DNA of 64,000 nt from Carcharhinus amblyrhynchos (lineage: Eukaryota), in the NCBI GenBank assembly GCA_965287045.1, contig OZ336879.1, positions 46,190,001 through 46,254,000 on the forward strand. The letters are read 5' to 3'. Below, piece by piece: positions 27,101 to 38,900 of the stretch (the stretch's first letter is position 1; the number at the start of each line of letters is the position of its first letter). The notes under the pieces are model-generated. The model was not told where the DNA came from and did no database searches. It saw only the letters and a program-made list of their open reading frames with translations. The position numbers and the translations under genes were made by a program.

Positions 27101-29074
27101 TTAAAAAACATCTGGTTTCCAGCAATCCAGAGACCAGAAGATTTGGCCCATGGTATAAGGGAGTAGATATGCTGCAACTGTACAAAGTTCAAGCCAGACA
27201 GCACCTGGAGCACTGTGTATAATATTAAGCTCTACACCAGAGGAAAGAAGTACTTGCCTCAAAGAGGAATTTTGTTGAAAATTTGCTAAAATGATCACAT
27301 AGAATCATGGAATCTCTTCTGTGCAGAAAGAGGCCTGTTGGCCCATTGACTATTTGTTCCCATGGGAATGGGAGTAGTTAGTCAGCTCCTTGAACTCATT
27401 CTGCTGTTAAAACATCATGAATGATCAATATCTTAATTCCATTTACCAGCCTTTGCTATCTCTTCATTGTTACTCTTAGCTAGCAAAACCTATTGATTTC
27501 AGTCTTGAAATTTTCAAAATTTATAGCTTGAAGTCTAACATAACATCACTGGTTGTGGACTTCCTCTTTCTCTTTCTACCAACACCACCACCACCCCCAC
27601 CACCACCACACACCTTTTCTGCATCAAGCCTATTGACTATTATTTTAAGCATCTGAATTCGATAACTTCTTCAATGACCACAACTCATGGGAATGAAAAC
27701 AAAGTTCATGCATCCTGCGTTCAACAGTTTAACACTCTAACATTTGAATTCATGCACTGGAGTTTCCATCCGAGGCGTAGTGCTCAAAACTGAAAGCAGT
27801 GCTTCAGATGGAGTACAGTTTCTGTATAATTGAAGAATAACATCCTCCACTTTTTATATTTCAGTCCCCTTGACTTGAAAGCCAACATTCCATTAGCCTT
27901 TCTGATTGCTTTGTGTACCTATGCACTGGCTTTTAATGCCTTGTGCACTCGGGCACCTAAAACACTTTGCTTCTCTAAAATCCTAGTCTCTGGTCACGGA
28001 TTAGAGTTTCAGCAACAATTGCACTAAAATTGAAGACGAGCAATGCTTTAGAAATGGAACTAGGTAGACTTTGTAACAGAGTATATAGAGACAAGAGCTC
28101 AAAACGTTGAATAGGATGCAATAGCTATGAATAATGTTATTCAATCCAGTTCATGAAGAGGGATGCAATTGGTGGCAGGGTATAGAAGTTGTGATAGAAA
28201 CTAAAAGCAATGTCTTTGATCTTCCCAAATTTCATATGCCAATATATCAAGTAATGTTCAAAAATTATTAGCTAGCTTAAAATAAATTAAGAATCTTTCA
28301 GCAGGAAAATAAATTGTACTTCCCTGTTTTTTTAATACACAACTTGAGAATAGGATGTTTTCAGGTAGCTGCAGTTAAAAAGATATAGAAATCAACTTAT
28401 TTTTTGTTCTGTAATTCTATCTTCAATTATATTTTTGGAAGATGGTTTCTTAGATAAATTTTCCACTTTCCCTTGTGTCAAAAGAATTATTGGTCATGTG
28501 GAGAAAATTGTTATATTCTGTCCAAGATTTGAACTGAATTGAATTGAAATAGAAATAAGAATGTATTGCAAGCATATTTCTGTATATTTTCCATGTGCAA
28601 AAGTTGGGGCATCAATTACATTTTGTATGGAGTTGTTAAAAATTAAATTCTTGCAGTTTCTTGGTACAAATAATCTAGGACTGAGGACATAGGCAAAAAA
28701 TTAGAGGCAGACTTTTCAGAAGTGAAATTAGGAAACATTTCTTCATGTCAAAGGTGTTGAAATTTGGAATTCTCTTCCACAGATTTTAAAACTGAGAATA
28801 ATAGATTTTTGGCCATTGGTATTAAGGGATATGGGAACAAGTGGTTTTATGGAGGTAGGTCACAGATCAGTCATGATTCCGTTGAAGGGCAGAACAGACT
28901 TGAAGAATTAATGGCCTACTCTTTTTCCTGTGTTCCTATGCTTTTCTAGCAGTATTGTAAAGTTACAATAGTAAGATCTATACCAGTTGTCCTCAATGAT
29001 GCAGCTCTCATTTCCATTTTAAGTATTAGGAACTGGAAAATGTCTGTATATGTATTTGGGAATTTGAGAGAGGG

Positions 29075-29177
29075 GCTTCATGTGCCCTTTTCGGTAGACA
29101 TGAAAAATCTCATACCTCTGCTCTTTGCAGAGCATGGGGATTGCTTAGTGTCCTGTCTAACATTTCTTCCTGAATCA
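29075..29177 (+). repeat. Perfect 103-bp direct duplicate of 30101-30203
   Basis: GCTTCATGTGCCC...TTCCTGAATCA is identical at both positions on base-by-base reading. Confidence 0.95.
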
Positions 29178-29265
29178 TACCAGATCTGTTGGCAAATAAA
29201 GATCTTTGAAAATCACAAATTTCCAAATGACACACCCTACATAACTGAATTTGTTACTTCCATAG

Positions 29266-29372
29266 GAGCGTGAACAGAAAGCTGAAGAAGAAAGAATTAG
29301 AATGGAAAATATTCTGAGTGGTAATCCCCTATTGAACCTCATTGGACAATCAAACTTCAAAGTGAAGCGAAG
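29266..29372 (+). CDS. CWC15: CWC15 spliceosome-associated protein, penultimate coding exon
   Basis: ttccatag|...AG|gtaaag; 107 nt encoding [35 protein letters not shown](R), the conserved Cwc15 C-terminal region. Confidence 0.96.
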
Positions 29373-29969
29373 GTAAAGTGAAATAACTGTCTAGAACATT
29401 CTATTAACAGAAATGGGACTGAGTAGCCAGCACGCTGACATTTTACTGTAGAGATGGAACATGGCGATGCACTTGTAATGTCCGCTGTCCTAATACTGAA
29501 GATATTCTGTGCAATGATCAGCTAAGTTTTAGAATATTGTCAATGGCAGCACCATTTTTTCTTTTCCCTGCTGTAGTAAAATATGGTGAAGTATTGAAAT
29601 TGGTTTCTTAAGCAACTTTGAGCATAATTTCCAGTATATCAAATTGTTTCCACAAAACTAAAATCTTGTAGAATGAAATGCATTGAAGGCAGGACAACAT
29701 TAAGAATGTAAGAACTAGGAGAAGATGTAGATCATATGTCTCTTGAGCCCGCTCTTCCATTCATTGTGATCATGGTTGATTATCTGCGTCAGCCCCACTT
29801 TCCTACCCATGTTGAATAGTGTAGTCTGGTGATGTACCTTATTTCATCCATTTGGATGAGATGAATGTCATCAGTCTTCATTACAGACTACCCTGTATGA
29901 AAATGACATTGAAGAAGTAAGCCATTCTACGCTTAAATTAATTGCTGTACTCTTTAATTTTATTCTGTT

Positions 29970-30340
29970 TGTTGGCTCAATGATAGCATTCATGCCTGAA
30001 TTTAGGTCATGTGTTCAAGTTCTTGAGACTTCAATACATAACTGAAAATGACAGATTCAGTGCTAAACTGCCCAAGATGCCATCTATCAGGTGAGATATT
30101 GCTTCATGTGCCCTTTTCGGTAGACATGAAAAATCTCATACCTCTGCTCTTTGCAGAGCATGGGGATTGCTTAGTGTCCTGTCTAACATTTCTTCCTGAA
30201 TCAAAATAACTGAAACAGCCTGATCGGTGGTATTTGTGGTAGCACTGTGCACAACTTTGTTACTGCATTTCCTTACACTTCAAAAATGCCTAATTGCTGT
30301 AAAGTGCTTCAGAATATTGAGAATATAAAAGGTGCTTAGT
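29970..30340 (+). mobile_element. Degenerate Deu-domain SINE
   Basis: tRNA-like head (TGGCTCAATGATAGC..GTTCAAGT), AGATGCCATCT.TCAG.TGAGA core, GCTGTAAAGTGCTT tail. Confidence 0.6.
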
Positions 30341-30360
30341 AAAACACTGGATGTAAATAA

Positions 30361-32217
30361 GTTAAAAAGGACAGTAGGAAGAGAGGTAATAAGCCGTGGA
30401 TAACGAAGGAGGTGAAGGAAAGTGTTAAATTAAAAGCGGAGGAATTTAGAGTAGCTAAGAGCAGTGGGCGAGAAGAGGATTGGGAAAGGTTTAAATGTCA
30501 ACAAAGATTGACAAAGAAGTTGATAAAGGAGGGTAGGAGAAGCTATGAGGCTGGGCTAGCACTTAATATAAAAAAGGATAGCAAGAGTTTTTATAAATAT
30601 ATAAAAAGGAAGAGGCTGGCTAGGGTGAACGTTGGTCCTTTAGAGGATGAGAAAGGGGAGCTAGTGATAGGGGATGGGGATATGGCTAAGGTCTTGAATA
30701 ACTTTTTTGTTTCTGTCTTCACGGAGGAGGACGTGAATAATTTGCCGGGTGTTAGCGATGGAAAGGTGGTAGGAATGGAGGGTCTTAATGACATTACTGT
30801 TACTAGAGAGGTGGTGCTCGACAGACTGGAGGGGCTGATTGTGGACAAGTCGCCAGGACCGGATGGAATGCATCCGAGGGTTCTGAAAGAAATGGCGGAG
30901 GTGATAGTGGATGCCTTGGTGGTTATTTTCCAGACGTCGCTGGATTCCGGGGAAGTGCCGGAAGATTGGAAAACGGCTAATGTTACGCCGTTGTTTAAGA
31001 AGGGTGCCAGGCAAAAGGCGGGGAATTATAGGCCGGTTAGTTTAACGTCTGTGGTAGGTAAAATGTTAGAATCCATCATTAAGCAGGAAATTGCGAGGCA
31101 TCTTGAAGGGAATTGCTTGATAGGGCGGACGCAACACGGTTTCATTAAAGGGAAGTCGTGTCTGACAAATTTACTGGAGTTCTATGAGGATGTGTCTAGG
31201 GCAGTGGATAGAGGAGAGCCGGTGGATGTGGTCTTTCTGGATTTTCAGAAGGCGTTTGACAAGGTACCTCACAAGAGGTTATTGCAGAAGGTCAGGGGAC
31301 ATGGAGTTGGGGGTAGGGTGTTAGCGTGGATAGAGGATTGGTTGTCAAATAGGAGGCAGAGAGTGGGGGTCAATGGGTGCTATTCGGATTGGCGGATGGT
31401 GACTAGTGGGGTGCCCCAGGGGTCGGTGCTGGGGCCTCAGCTATTTACCATTTATATAGATGATCTGGAGGAGGGAACCGAGTGCAGGGTGTCGAAATTT
31501 GCTGATGACACCAAGATTGGGGGAACGGCAAATTGTGCGGAGGGTGTGGAGAGTCTGCAGAAGGATCTAGATAGGCTGGGCGAATGGGCCAGGAAATGGC
31601 AAATGGAATTTAATGTTGGCAAGTGTGAGGTGGTCCACTTTGGTAGGAAGAATGGTAGGAAGGACTATTACTTACGTGGCGAAAAACTGCAGCAGGCGAC
31701 GGTGCAGAGGGACCTCGGGGTCCTTGTGCATGAGTCGCAAAAACCCAGCTTGCAGGTGCAGCAGGTGGTCAGGAAGGCGAATGGGATGCTGGCCTTCATA
31801 GCGAGGGGGATTGAATATAAAAGTAGGGAGGTCTTGCTGCAGCTGTATAGGGCATTGGTGAAGCCGCAGCTGGAGTACTGTGTGCAGTTTTGGGCGCCGC
31901 ACCTGCGCAAGGATATTTTGGCCCTGGAGGGAGTGCAGAGGAGGTTTACTAGGCTGATACCGGAGTTGAGGGGGTTGAGCTATGAGGAGAGGCTGAATAA
32001 ACTAGGCTTGTACTCGTTAGAGTTTGGAAGAATGAGGGGAGATCTCATTGAGACGTATAAGATGATGAATGGGATGGATAGGATAGAGGTGGAGAGACTC
32101 TTCCCGCTCAAAAAAGACAGTAGGACTAGGGGGCACAGCCTCAAGATAAAGGGGAGGCGGTTTAGAACGGAGTTGAGGAGGAACTTCTTCACTCAAAGGG
32201 TGGTGAATCTCTGGAAT
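30361..32217 (+). mobile_element. Young CR1 LINE with uninterrupted partial ORF2 (RT), truncated at both ends, in the last CWC15 intron
   Basis: 614-aa ORF 30412-32256 with [25 protein letters not shown] and FADD; family match ends at CTGGAATT (about 32218); no endonuclease domain and no 3' tail. Confidence 0.97.
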
Positions 32218-32965
32218 TTACTTGGCCAGGAACTCTCTGAACTTATGGATTTGTGAGAGTTTAAGTCTTTCATCAAAGGTTGATTTTCTAGTTCTGGCAT
32301 TCCTCACAAATGTCCGAATTGAAATCTACATAGCAATTTCAGAGCAAAATTAAAACTTAAGCCTTTGCTAATAAGTGGACCTAAGAAATAGCTGTAAATA
32401 TATATAATTTAGTTTTCTGGTGGGGAGAATCCTTAGATGAGTTACACATCTTGTATTGGATGAGTAGTTCAGACTGTGCCTCTGAAGCTATTTGCAAGCC
32501 AGTTATGGAAAACAGTTCACATTTTATGTTCCTGTCCTGATGCTGAAGAATGTTTTACTGCAGTCGTACTTCAATGAGGCTTTACAGTTGAGGCATACTG
32601 ATGCTCTGTACATGGAGGTACTATATTGTGTCTTGCATAGTTGAAGTTTTGAGATTGACTTTCCTATTTCTCTACTTGAAAGGCGATGCATGCTAATAAG
32701 GCTGGGAAATAATAATTCTGTCTTAAGACAATTATTATGAAATCCGTCCAGTGATGCTGACAGCATAGTCTCCTGTTCAGTTATGCAATCTAGTAAATTG
32801 TGCACATGACTGGGATTAGGATTTGCCAGTTCAGGAGGGGATAAATTTAAGTTGTCTCACATCATCCTAAGAAAATGATAATGGTGACAAATGACAAAAA
32901 TAACTTCAAATGTTTTTGTATCGAGGGTATTAGTGCTATAACTTTTAATTCTGTTTTTTTTTTAG

Positions 32966-33095
32966 ATGGGATGACGATGTAGTGTTCAAGAACTGTGCTA
33001 AAGGAATAGATGAATCAAAGAGAGATAAAAGATTTGTGAATGATACGCTTCGTTCAGAATTCCACAAGAAGTTTATGGAAAAATACATTAAATGA
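32966..33095 (+). CDS. CWC15: CWC15 final coding exon
   Basis: Poly-T acceptor tttag|A; phase fits the previous exon (AG+A = Arg); [42 protein letters not shown] then TGA. Confidence 0.97.
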
Positions 33096-33474
33096 TTGGC
33101 ATCAATACTCTATTGCTGTTCAATAGTTACAGAAAACATGTTTTCCTCCCCCTGCAAGGATGATAAACTCTATTTCCCTCCCTTTGTGTCTCCTTGGACC
33201 TTGCATCAATTAAACTTCAGAAGATGAACATCTGCCTTGAAGTTTTTGTCTGTGCTGCTGATAGGTGGTAGACATAAGCGGGCCCGGAAATAATAATACA
33301 CCTATTCATGAAGCACCGATTTCTACTTCATTGCATCCTGTTGCATTGCAAATGAAATTAAGAGCTTGGTGATATCGGAAGAAGGAGTCTCTGTTGAATT
33401 TGTGTCCTATTTCTCTGTTAACCACGTGTTGCATCAGTGTGACTTGCCACCTAACTGTATTTCTGCAATATAAA

Positions 33475-33480
33475 AATAAA
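33475..33480 (+). promoter_or_regulatory. Probable CWC15 polyadenylation signal
   Basis: AATAAA about 380 nt after the stop with T-rich sequence downstream; alternative AATAAA hexamers at 33684 and about 33720. Confidence 0.6.
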
Positions 33481-34271
33481 TTGTTTTTTAATCAATGTAG
33501 TTACCTTAAAATTTGCAGATAATGTTTTTTTCTCGTCAAGTTTAAGGACATTTTTATGTCATGTAATGAATATTTAATCGTAAGTTATGAGCAATACCAG
33601 TTTGTCTTAAAACTAGGTTGCAGTTCTGTAGATATAACGGAAGACGTAACTTGCTTTGGCAAATCGGTTTCAATCCAGCGAGGAATAAAATATTTACTAG
33701 ACTTTATTCCAATTTTTAAAATAAATGTTATTAGTAAAACCATTGTTTTAATTTAAAATTGGGCCATTTTTATGATGAGTTATTGATGTATCTTTCTTTA
33801 TCTGACTTTATTATGTGTCATATTTCAAGATTTGCAGTAACATCAGCAGGGACAAAGTAAACTTTATGAAAAGTACAAGATTATCAAGAGCAGCAATGTG
33901 GATTTGTTAAAGGCAAGTCATTTGAGTACCTTAACATAACAAAGTTGATCAGGTAATGCAATAGATGTATATATGGGCTTTTGGAAGGCAATCAACAAAG
34001 CGCTGAAGCCCATGACTTAAGTAGTACTATCAAAATGCTATTAGTTCAGTGACAGCAAACAGAAGGGAGTGGTGGATCGATATTTTTTAGACAGGTTCTG
34101 TTTTTGCATTGCGTTGCATTCTTGAAAGATCAATTATGGGTCTGTTCCTTTCCAATTTTTATAGGGAGCAACAGTATAAAGTTTGCAAACTTGAAAATAT
34201 AGTTGATGGGGAACAGGATGGTTGTAGACTTCAAGATGACTTCAGTGGGGCAGGTAAGTGGCATAAACATA

Positions 34272-35047
34272 TGCCAAAATTTTCCAGCTGTTCACGCTGG
34301 TGTCTGGCCAATGGACCACCCCTGCTGCTGATTTCTTGGCGGTAAGAGGTACATGCAACCAGAAATGTTGTTGACAACAGGAGGAGCATAAATTCCTGCT
34401 GCCAGCCAATGGTGCACCTCCACTGCACAAAATACATGGCAGGTTGCATGGAAAATCACGCCCAGAAAAGCACAACCGGTGAAATTCAATGTAGAGAAGT
34501 GTGGAATGGAGCACTTTGATGCAGATGAAGGCTCAACTGGATTCTTCCACCCATGCCCAATTTGCCACAGTGCCAGCAGGGCAACACGCCACTGAAAAAT
34601 GTGTGGAACATTGTGGTATGCAGATGTCAGAACTCACCTAAACAATGCCTGGGATTGCCACCAGAGTTTGGATGGAGGCTGCCAGCAAACAAGGACTCTG
34701 GAACATCTCAGAAGTGGGTGTGGGGAGGATATACAGGCAGGTCTTCCAGATTAATTTTCACAGAAGTCCATCTCCTGGCGTCAGAGTGTTCCTAAAACTA
34801 CATCTTTTTCAGGAAGTCCACCTTTCTTTAATAGTGGATCAGTGATGTTGGGCGCCTTTTCAATACACATCCAGATACGACAGCCTCAGGCCTGCTCTGC
34901 CACAAAAGATGATGTAAAACCCCTGGATGCATAATCAATGAAGTCATGGCTGGAAGATATGGTGTGGTTGCGCTCTGGCCTCTGCTGTGGGAAACACCAA
35001 ATGTCTCTGCCACAGAACTAAGTCCCCAGATGGGAGAATTCTACCCA
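34272..35047. mobile_element. Possible Harbinger-like non-autonomous element
   Basis: Left end TTTTCCAGCTGTTCACGC matches the TIR of the 35562 MITE; right end GGAGAATTCTACCC. Confidence 0.4.
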
Positions 35048-35561
35048 AGGTGCCAACTTGCCATAATTCATAAAGTTTAATTATATCAATTGTTTTACCA
35101 TTTTTGACCAGAAGTAATGTTCCTGGTATAAAACACCTAGTGTATCATCATGTTATTATCTATTAGTAAGTTTCAAGTTAGAAAATGTATGCTTATTTGA
35201 CATAAATTATACAGAACAGCAAATGTATTCTGCTTACAAGAGTGATTCTAATATAATTGCAATAACTCTGCATATGATGCACTTGATTTAAAGCTGCAAG
35301 GCTCTTAGAGTGCATGTGTGGATTTTCTTTCCATTATCACTTCTAAGTTGCAAGATAAATTATTTATCAGAATCAAATATATTGATCCAGAAAGTTTGCA
35401 GTTGAGAGAATGAAAGCTTATCTGTAAAAGCAGTTCATTTAATTCACTCAAACTAGTTCCCTTCTTAGCTTCCTAATAACCTATAATGATTCTAGATAGT
35501 GGTGAAATATTGCCATATCTTATAGCTTGAATTTTTATGCCATTCCTTAGAAACTCTGTTA

Positions 35562-35698
35562 GGGTGTGATCTTACCAGCTGTTCACGCCACACTCCTGCT
35601 GCACTGAAGTTGGAGAATTTGGCACCCAGCCAAATCTCCATTCACTCCAGCAGGATGGAAAATTCCCATCAGTGTGAACAGCTGTAATATTTCCAGTC
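35562..35698. mobile_element. MITE with imperfect terminal inverted repeats (Harbinger-like)
   Basis: CAGCTGTTCAC and GTGAACAGCTG are inverted subterminal matches; GGG start preceded by TTA; inverted sister piece at about 35845-35910. Confidence 0.55.
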
Positions 35699-36379
35699 TT
35701 TGCATGCAATTTAGTGACACTGCACTGAACAGATAAGAGTTAATAATGCAAAAACTGAACATTGCACAAACGGATCTGAATCATACGCTGAAAATCTTTG
35801 CCTTCATTCATGGGATTCATGGGTGCTGTTGATAGCTTTGGCTGGAATGCCAAATTCTCCAAACTCACTTGCAGTAGGGCAGCCGTGAAAGAGATCGGAG
35901 AATCCCACCTATAATCTTTAATTGAATAATCATATTATTGAGGATTATTTCAGAAACCAACAGTACTGTACCGTAGTGATACCCAATAAAGATTTTTTTT
36001 CCTAGCCCTAAAGCTTTCAGTTGTAAATACAATTTTGTAGCTTTTTTTATTCTACCTATGGCTCTGTCTGTTAAGATAATTTCTGTTCCAGCTAAGGAGG
36101 CTTCTTAATTATTCACTCTTTCTGCTCCTGGAACTTATTGCTTCCTGCCAAAAATATCCCCAGAAGAACTCCAAAACCCATGACGTGAACAGCTGCTGTG
36201 CTGAGGTTTTGTTCCAGCTGTTTTATAATTGAGCAAGCATTAGTTTAACCATTTAGCTACTTGGAGGAGAGCTAAATATTTTCCCCTTCCTGGATGCTGA
36301 GATTCAGTATTAGAGTGCAATAATTTCTCCATGTGCATTAATGGAATAAAGAATCTTGCTCTGCATTTTTTCAGGGTTT

Positions 36380-37065
36380 CGGTCACCTTTTGGACACTGC
36401 CACAAACTGCTCCTTAGCCACTGAGTCCCAATTCTCTCTGTGGCAACTGCCTGAGGTTAAACCAGACCACAGTCTTTGGTGTCATATTTGGTTCCAAAAT
36501 GAACTCCTGACTGCATGATCTGTTTCATTACCCAAAGTTGACTATTCGCGCCATGTAACATTGCCCAGCTCCACCCCTGCCTCTGCTCATCTACTGTTGA
36601 AACCCAGGTCTTTGTTACTTCTAAACTTGATTGTTTTAATGTTCTCCTGGCTGCCCTGTCATCTTCCAATCTATACTAATGTGAGCTTGTCCGAAAATGC
36701 ACACTAAGTCCTCTTCATTCAGCAGCCTCGTGCTCTTTAACATTAGTTCCTGGTCTGGTAATGCAACAAAAATAACCCCTCAGCATCATAAGGATTTTAC
36801 ATGTTTCATTTGAGCATAGGAACATGGGGCCTGGGAGCTGGAGTAGGCCATTTGGCCCTTCAAGCCTGCTCTGCCATTCAGTAAGATCTGGCTGTGGTCT
36901 CAACTTCACTTTCCTATGTGCTCTTCTCATAACCCTAGACTCCCTTGTCAATCAAAAATCTATCTATCTCAGCTTTGAATAAATTCTATGACCCAGATTC
37001 TACTGCTCTGTGTAGAAGAGAATTCCACATACTAAGAAGGAATTTCTCCTCACCTGTGTCTTAGA
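36380..37065. mobile_element. L2-type 3' fragment (+, 36380-36760) and old CR1 3' end (-, 36815-37065)
   Basis: CTCTGCTCATCTACTGTTGAAACC..TTTGTTACTTCTAAACTTGA resembles the L2 AETL..FVTSRLDY motif; CR1 3' UTR motif at 36840-36895. Confidence 0.6.
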
Positions 37066-37627
37066 AGACGTAGGAGAGACCAAATAAGATTGATCTGATG
37101 GCGCAACATAAAACTGGATAGTGCCCACTGTGTGAAACTTGGAATTAATTGTTGGCAGGACTGGATCAAGTATCATCTCCACATTAATACATACAGGATC
37201 CAGGAGGATCTGAACATTTTTTAAGATTTTCACTTGTGGTTGTGATGAAATAAAACAATACCACAACCAGTATTTGATTTTAAGGAATTATATTTTTTTG
37301 CCAGTTAACCTGCCACTTCTTGCTAATTCCCAAGAAAGGATAAGTTAAAAATTTTTCTTTAAAAAGTTTAATTAGCATCACAAATATTCTTACATTAACA
37401 CTGCAATGAAGTTACTGTGAAAATACTCCTGTCGCCACACTCCAGCACCTGTTTGGGTACACTGAGGGAGAGGAGTAAGTGACCTGTGCACTCAAAGGCT
37501 ACAACAGGTACAGGGACAGCAGTGACAGATTCTTTGGATCAGCAGTGTGACCGAGACTTGGAGAAGAAGCTGCACAGAGGGCAAGGTTGGTGCCAAGTTA
37601 GAGCTATACATCTCCATGCCTCTTGTC

Positions 37628-37875
37628 ACGGTGGCACAGTGGTTAGCACTGCTGTCTCAGTGCTAAGGACCTGGGTCCAATTTCTAGCTTGGGTCACTGT
37701 GCTGAGTCTGTATGTTCTCCCTGTGTCTGCGTAGGTTTCCTCCCACAGCCTGAAAGACGTATTAGTTAGGTGCATTGACCCAAACAGTCAGTGAAGTGTG
37801 GTGACAAGAGGAATTTAACAGTAACTTCATTGCAGCATTAATGTAAGCCTTATTTGTGACTAATAAATAAACTTT
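37628..37875 (+). mobile_element. V-SINE (HE1-related head, different tail)
   Basis: CACGGTGGCACAGTGGTTAGCACTGCTG head, V-domain-like ATGTTCTCCC.GTGTCTGCG, AATAAATAAAC end; an inverted copy of the tail lies at 37390-37455. Confidence 0.8.
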
Positions 37876-38569
37876 AAGAATGCTGTATGGAACCCCAGAA
37901 AATACACTAGCAGCATAGTATAAATGTCCATTCAGTGCCCTCCTTTATGCTGTCATCTTGAGGTGCACATCAGTGTTATGTGCAGCAGTACTTGTCTCCT
38001 ACTTCACCCTCCAGTGGGCTGGCACATGAACTATCTTTTCCCCTAGCCTGGTTGCAGCTTGCTCATATCTGGTGACTGACCACATGCTGATCCCAATTCG
38101 AAACAAGTATCCAACATTAGTGCAGTGACGGTTGCTGAGCTGGTTTCTGCAAATGTCAGCTGAAGTGGCAGAGCCTCTTTAGTGCTGTGCTCGCTGCTCC
38201 TCTGGGATTCCTGTAACTGGGCAAGTGGGAGTTTTTAAGTGTCTGAAAGTAGGAACTCCTAAAGGAAGGTCATTTAGAGGGCAGTAGGGTAGACTGAGAA
38301 GCAGCAGGAACATGGTCAACATCAGCAGCTTTTCATTCCAGGTAGCAGAATGAAGGTGAGTGAGGAGTTGATCAGGGACATTAAACAATAAGATGCTGCC
38401 ATTCTTAACATTCTCAGCAATATTAATGTTGTGATCTTGTTGCAGATGGCACTAAGATTCAAGAAACCCTTTCTTCCATAGAACTTAGGAGATTGATACC
38501 TTCTGGACCCCCAGCAATTCAGCCTGTTCAGCTTGTCACTCCCCACTGTCCAATCACCTCATTTAGGGG

Positions 38570-38900
38570 GAGGCAGTGGTGCAGTAGTATTACCACTGGA
38601 CTGATAATACAAGGCCCCGGGTTTGATTCCCACCATGGCTGATGGTGAAATTTGAATTCAATAAAGGTCTAGATTTAAAAGTCTTATGGTGACCATGAAA
38701 TGATTGTCAATTGTTGTAAAAACCCATTTGGTTCACTAATGTCTGTTAGAGAAGAAAATTTGTGTCCTTACCTGGTTTGGCCTCCCTGTGACTCCAGAGC
38801 CACAGCAATGTGGTTGATTCTTAATTACCCCTTCAAGGGCAATAGGGGATAGGCAAAAAATGTTGGCCAGCCAGTGATGCCCACATTCCCAAGAACGAAT
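38570..38900 (+). mobile_element. tRNA-head SINE-like repeat
   Basis: Homologous to 9698-9990 along its length; B-box-like GGGTTTGATTCCC. Confidence 0.75.

Noticed and set aside
27582-27610. (CCA)n tract
   Set aside because: Short imperfect microsatellite with no further structure.
30412-32256. 614-aa ORF as a host or domesticated RT gene
   Set aside because: It is near-identical to other dispersed CR1 copies, starts at GTG and is truncated; youth explains the open frame.
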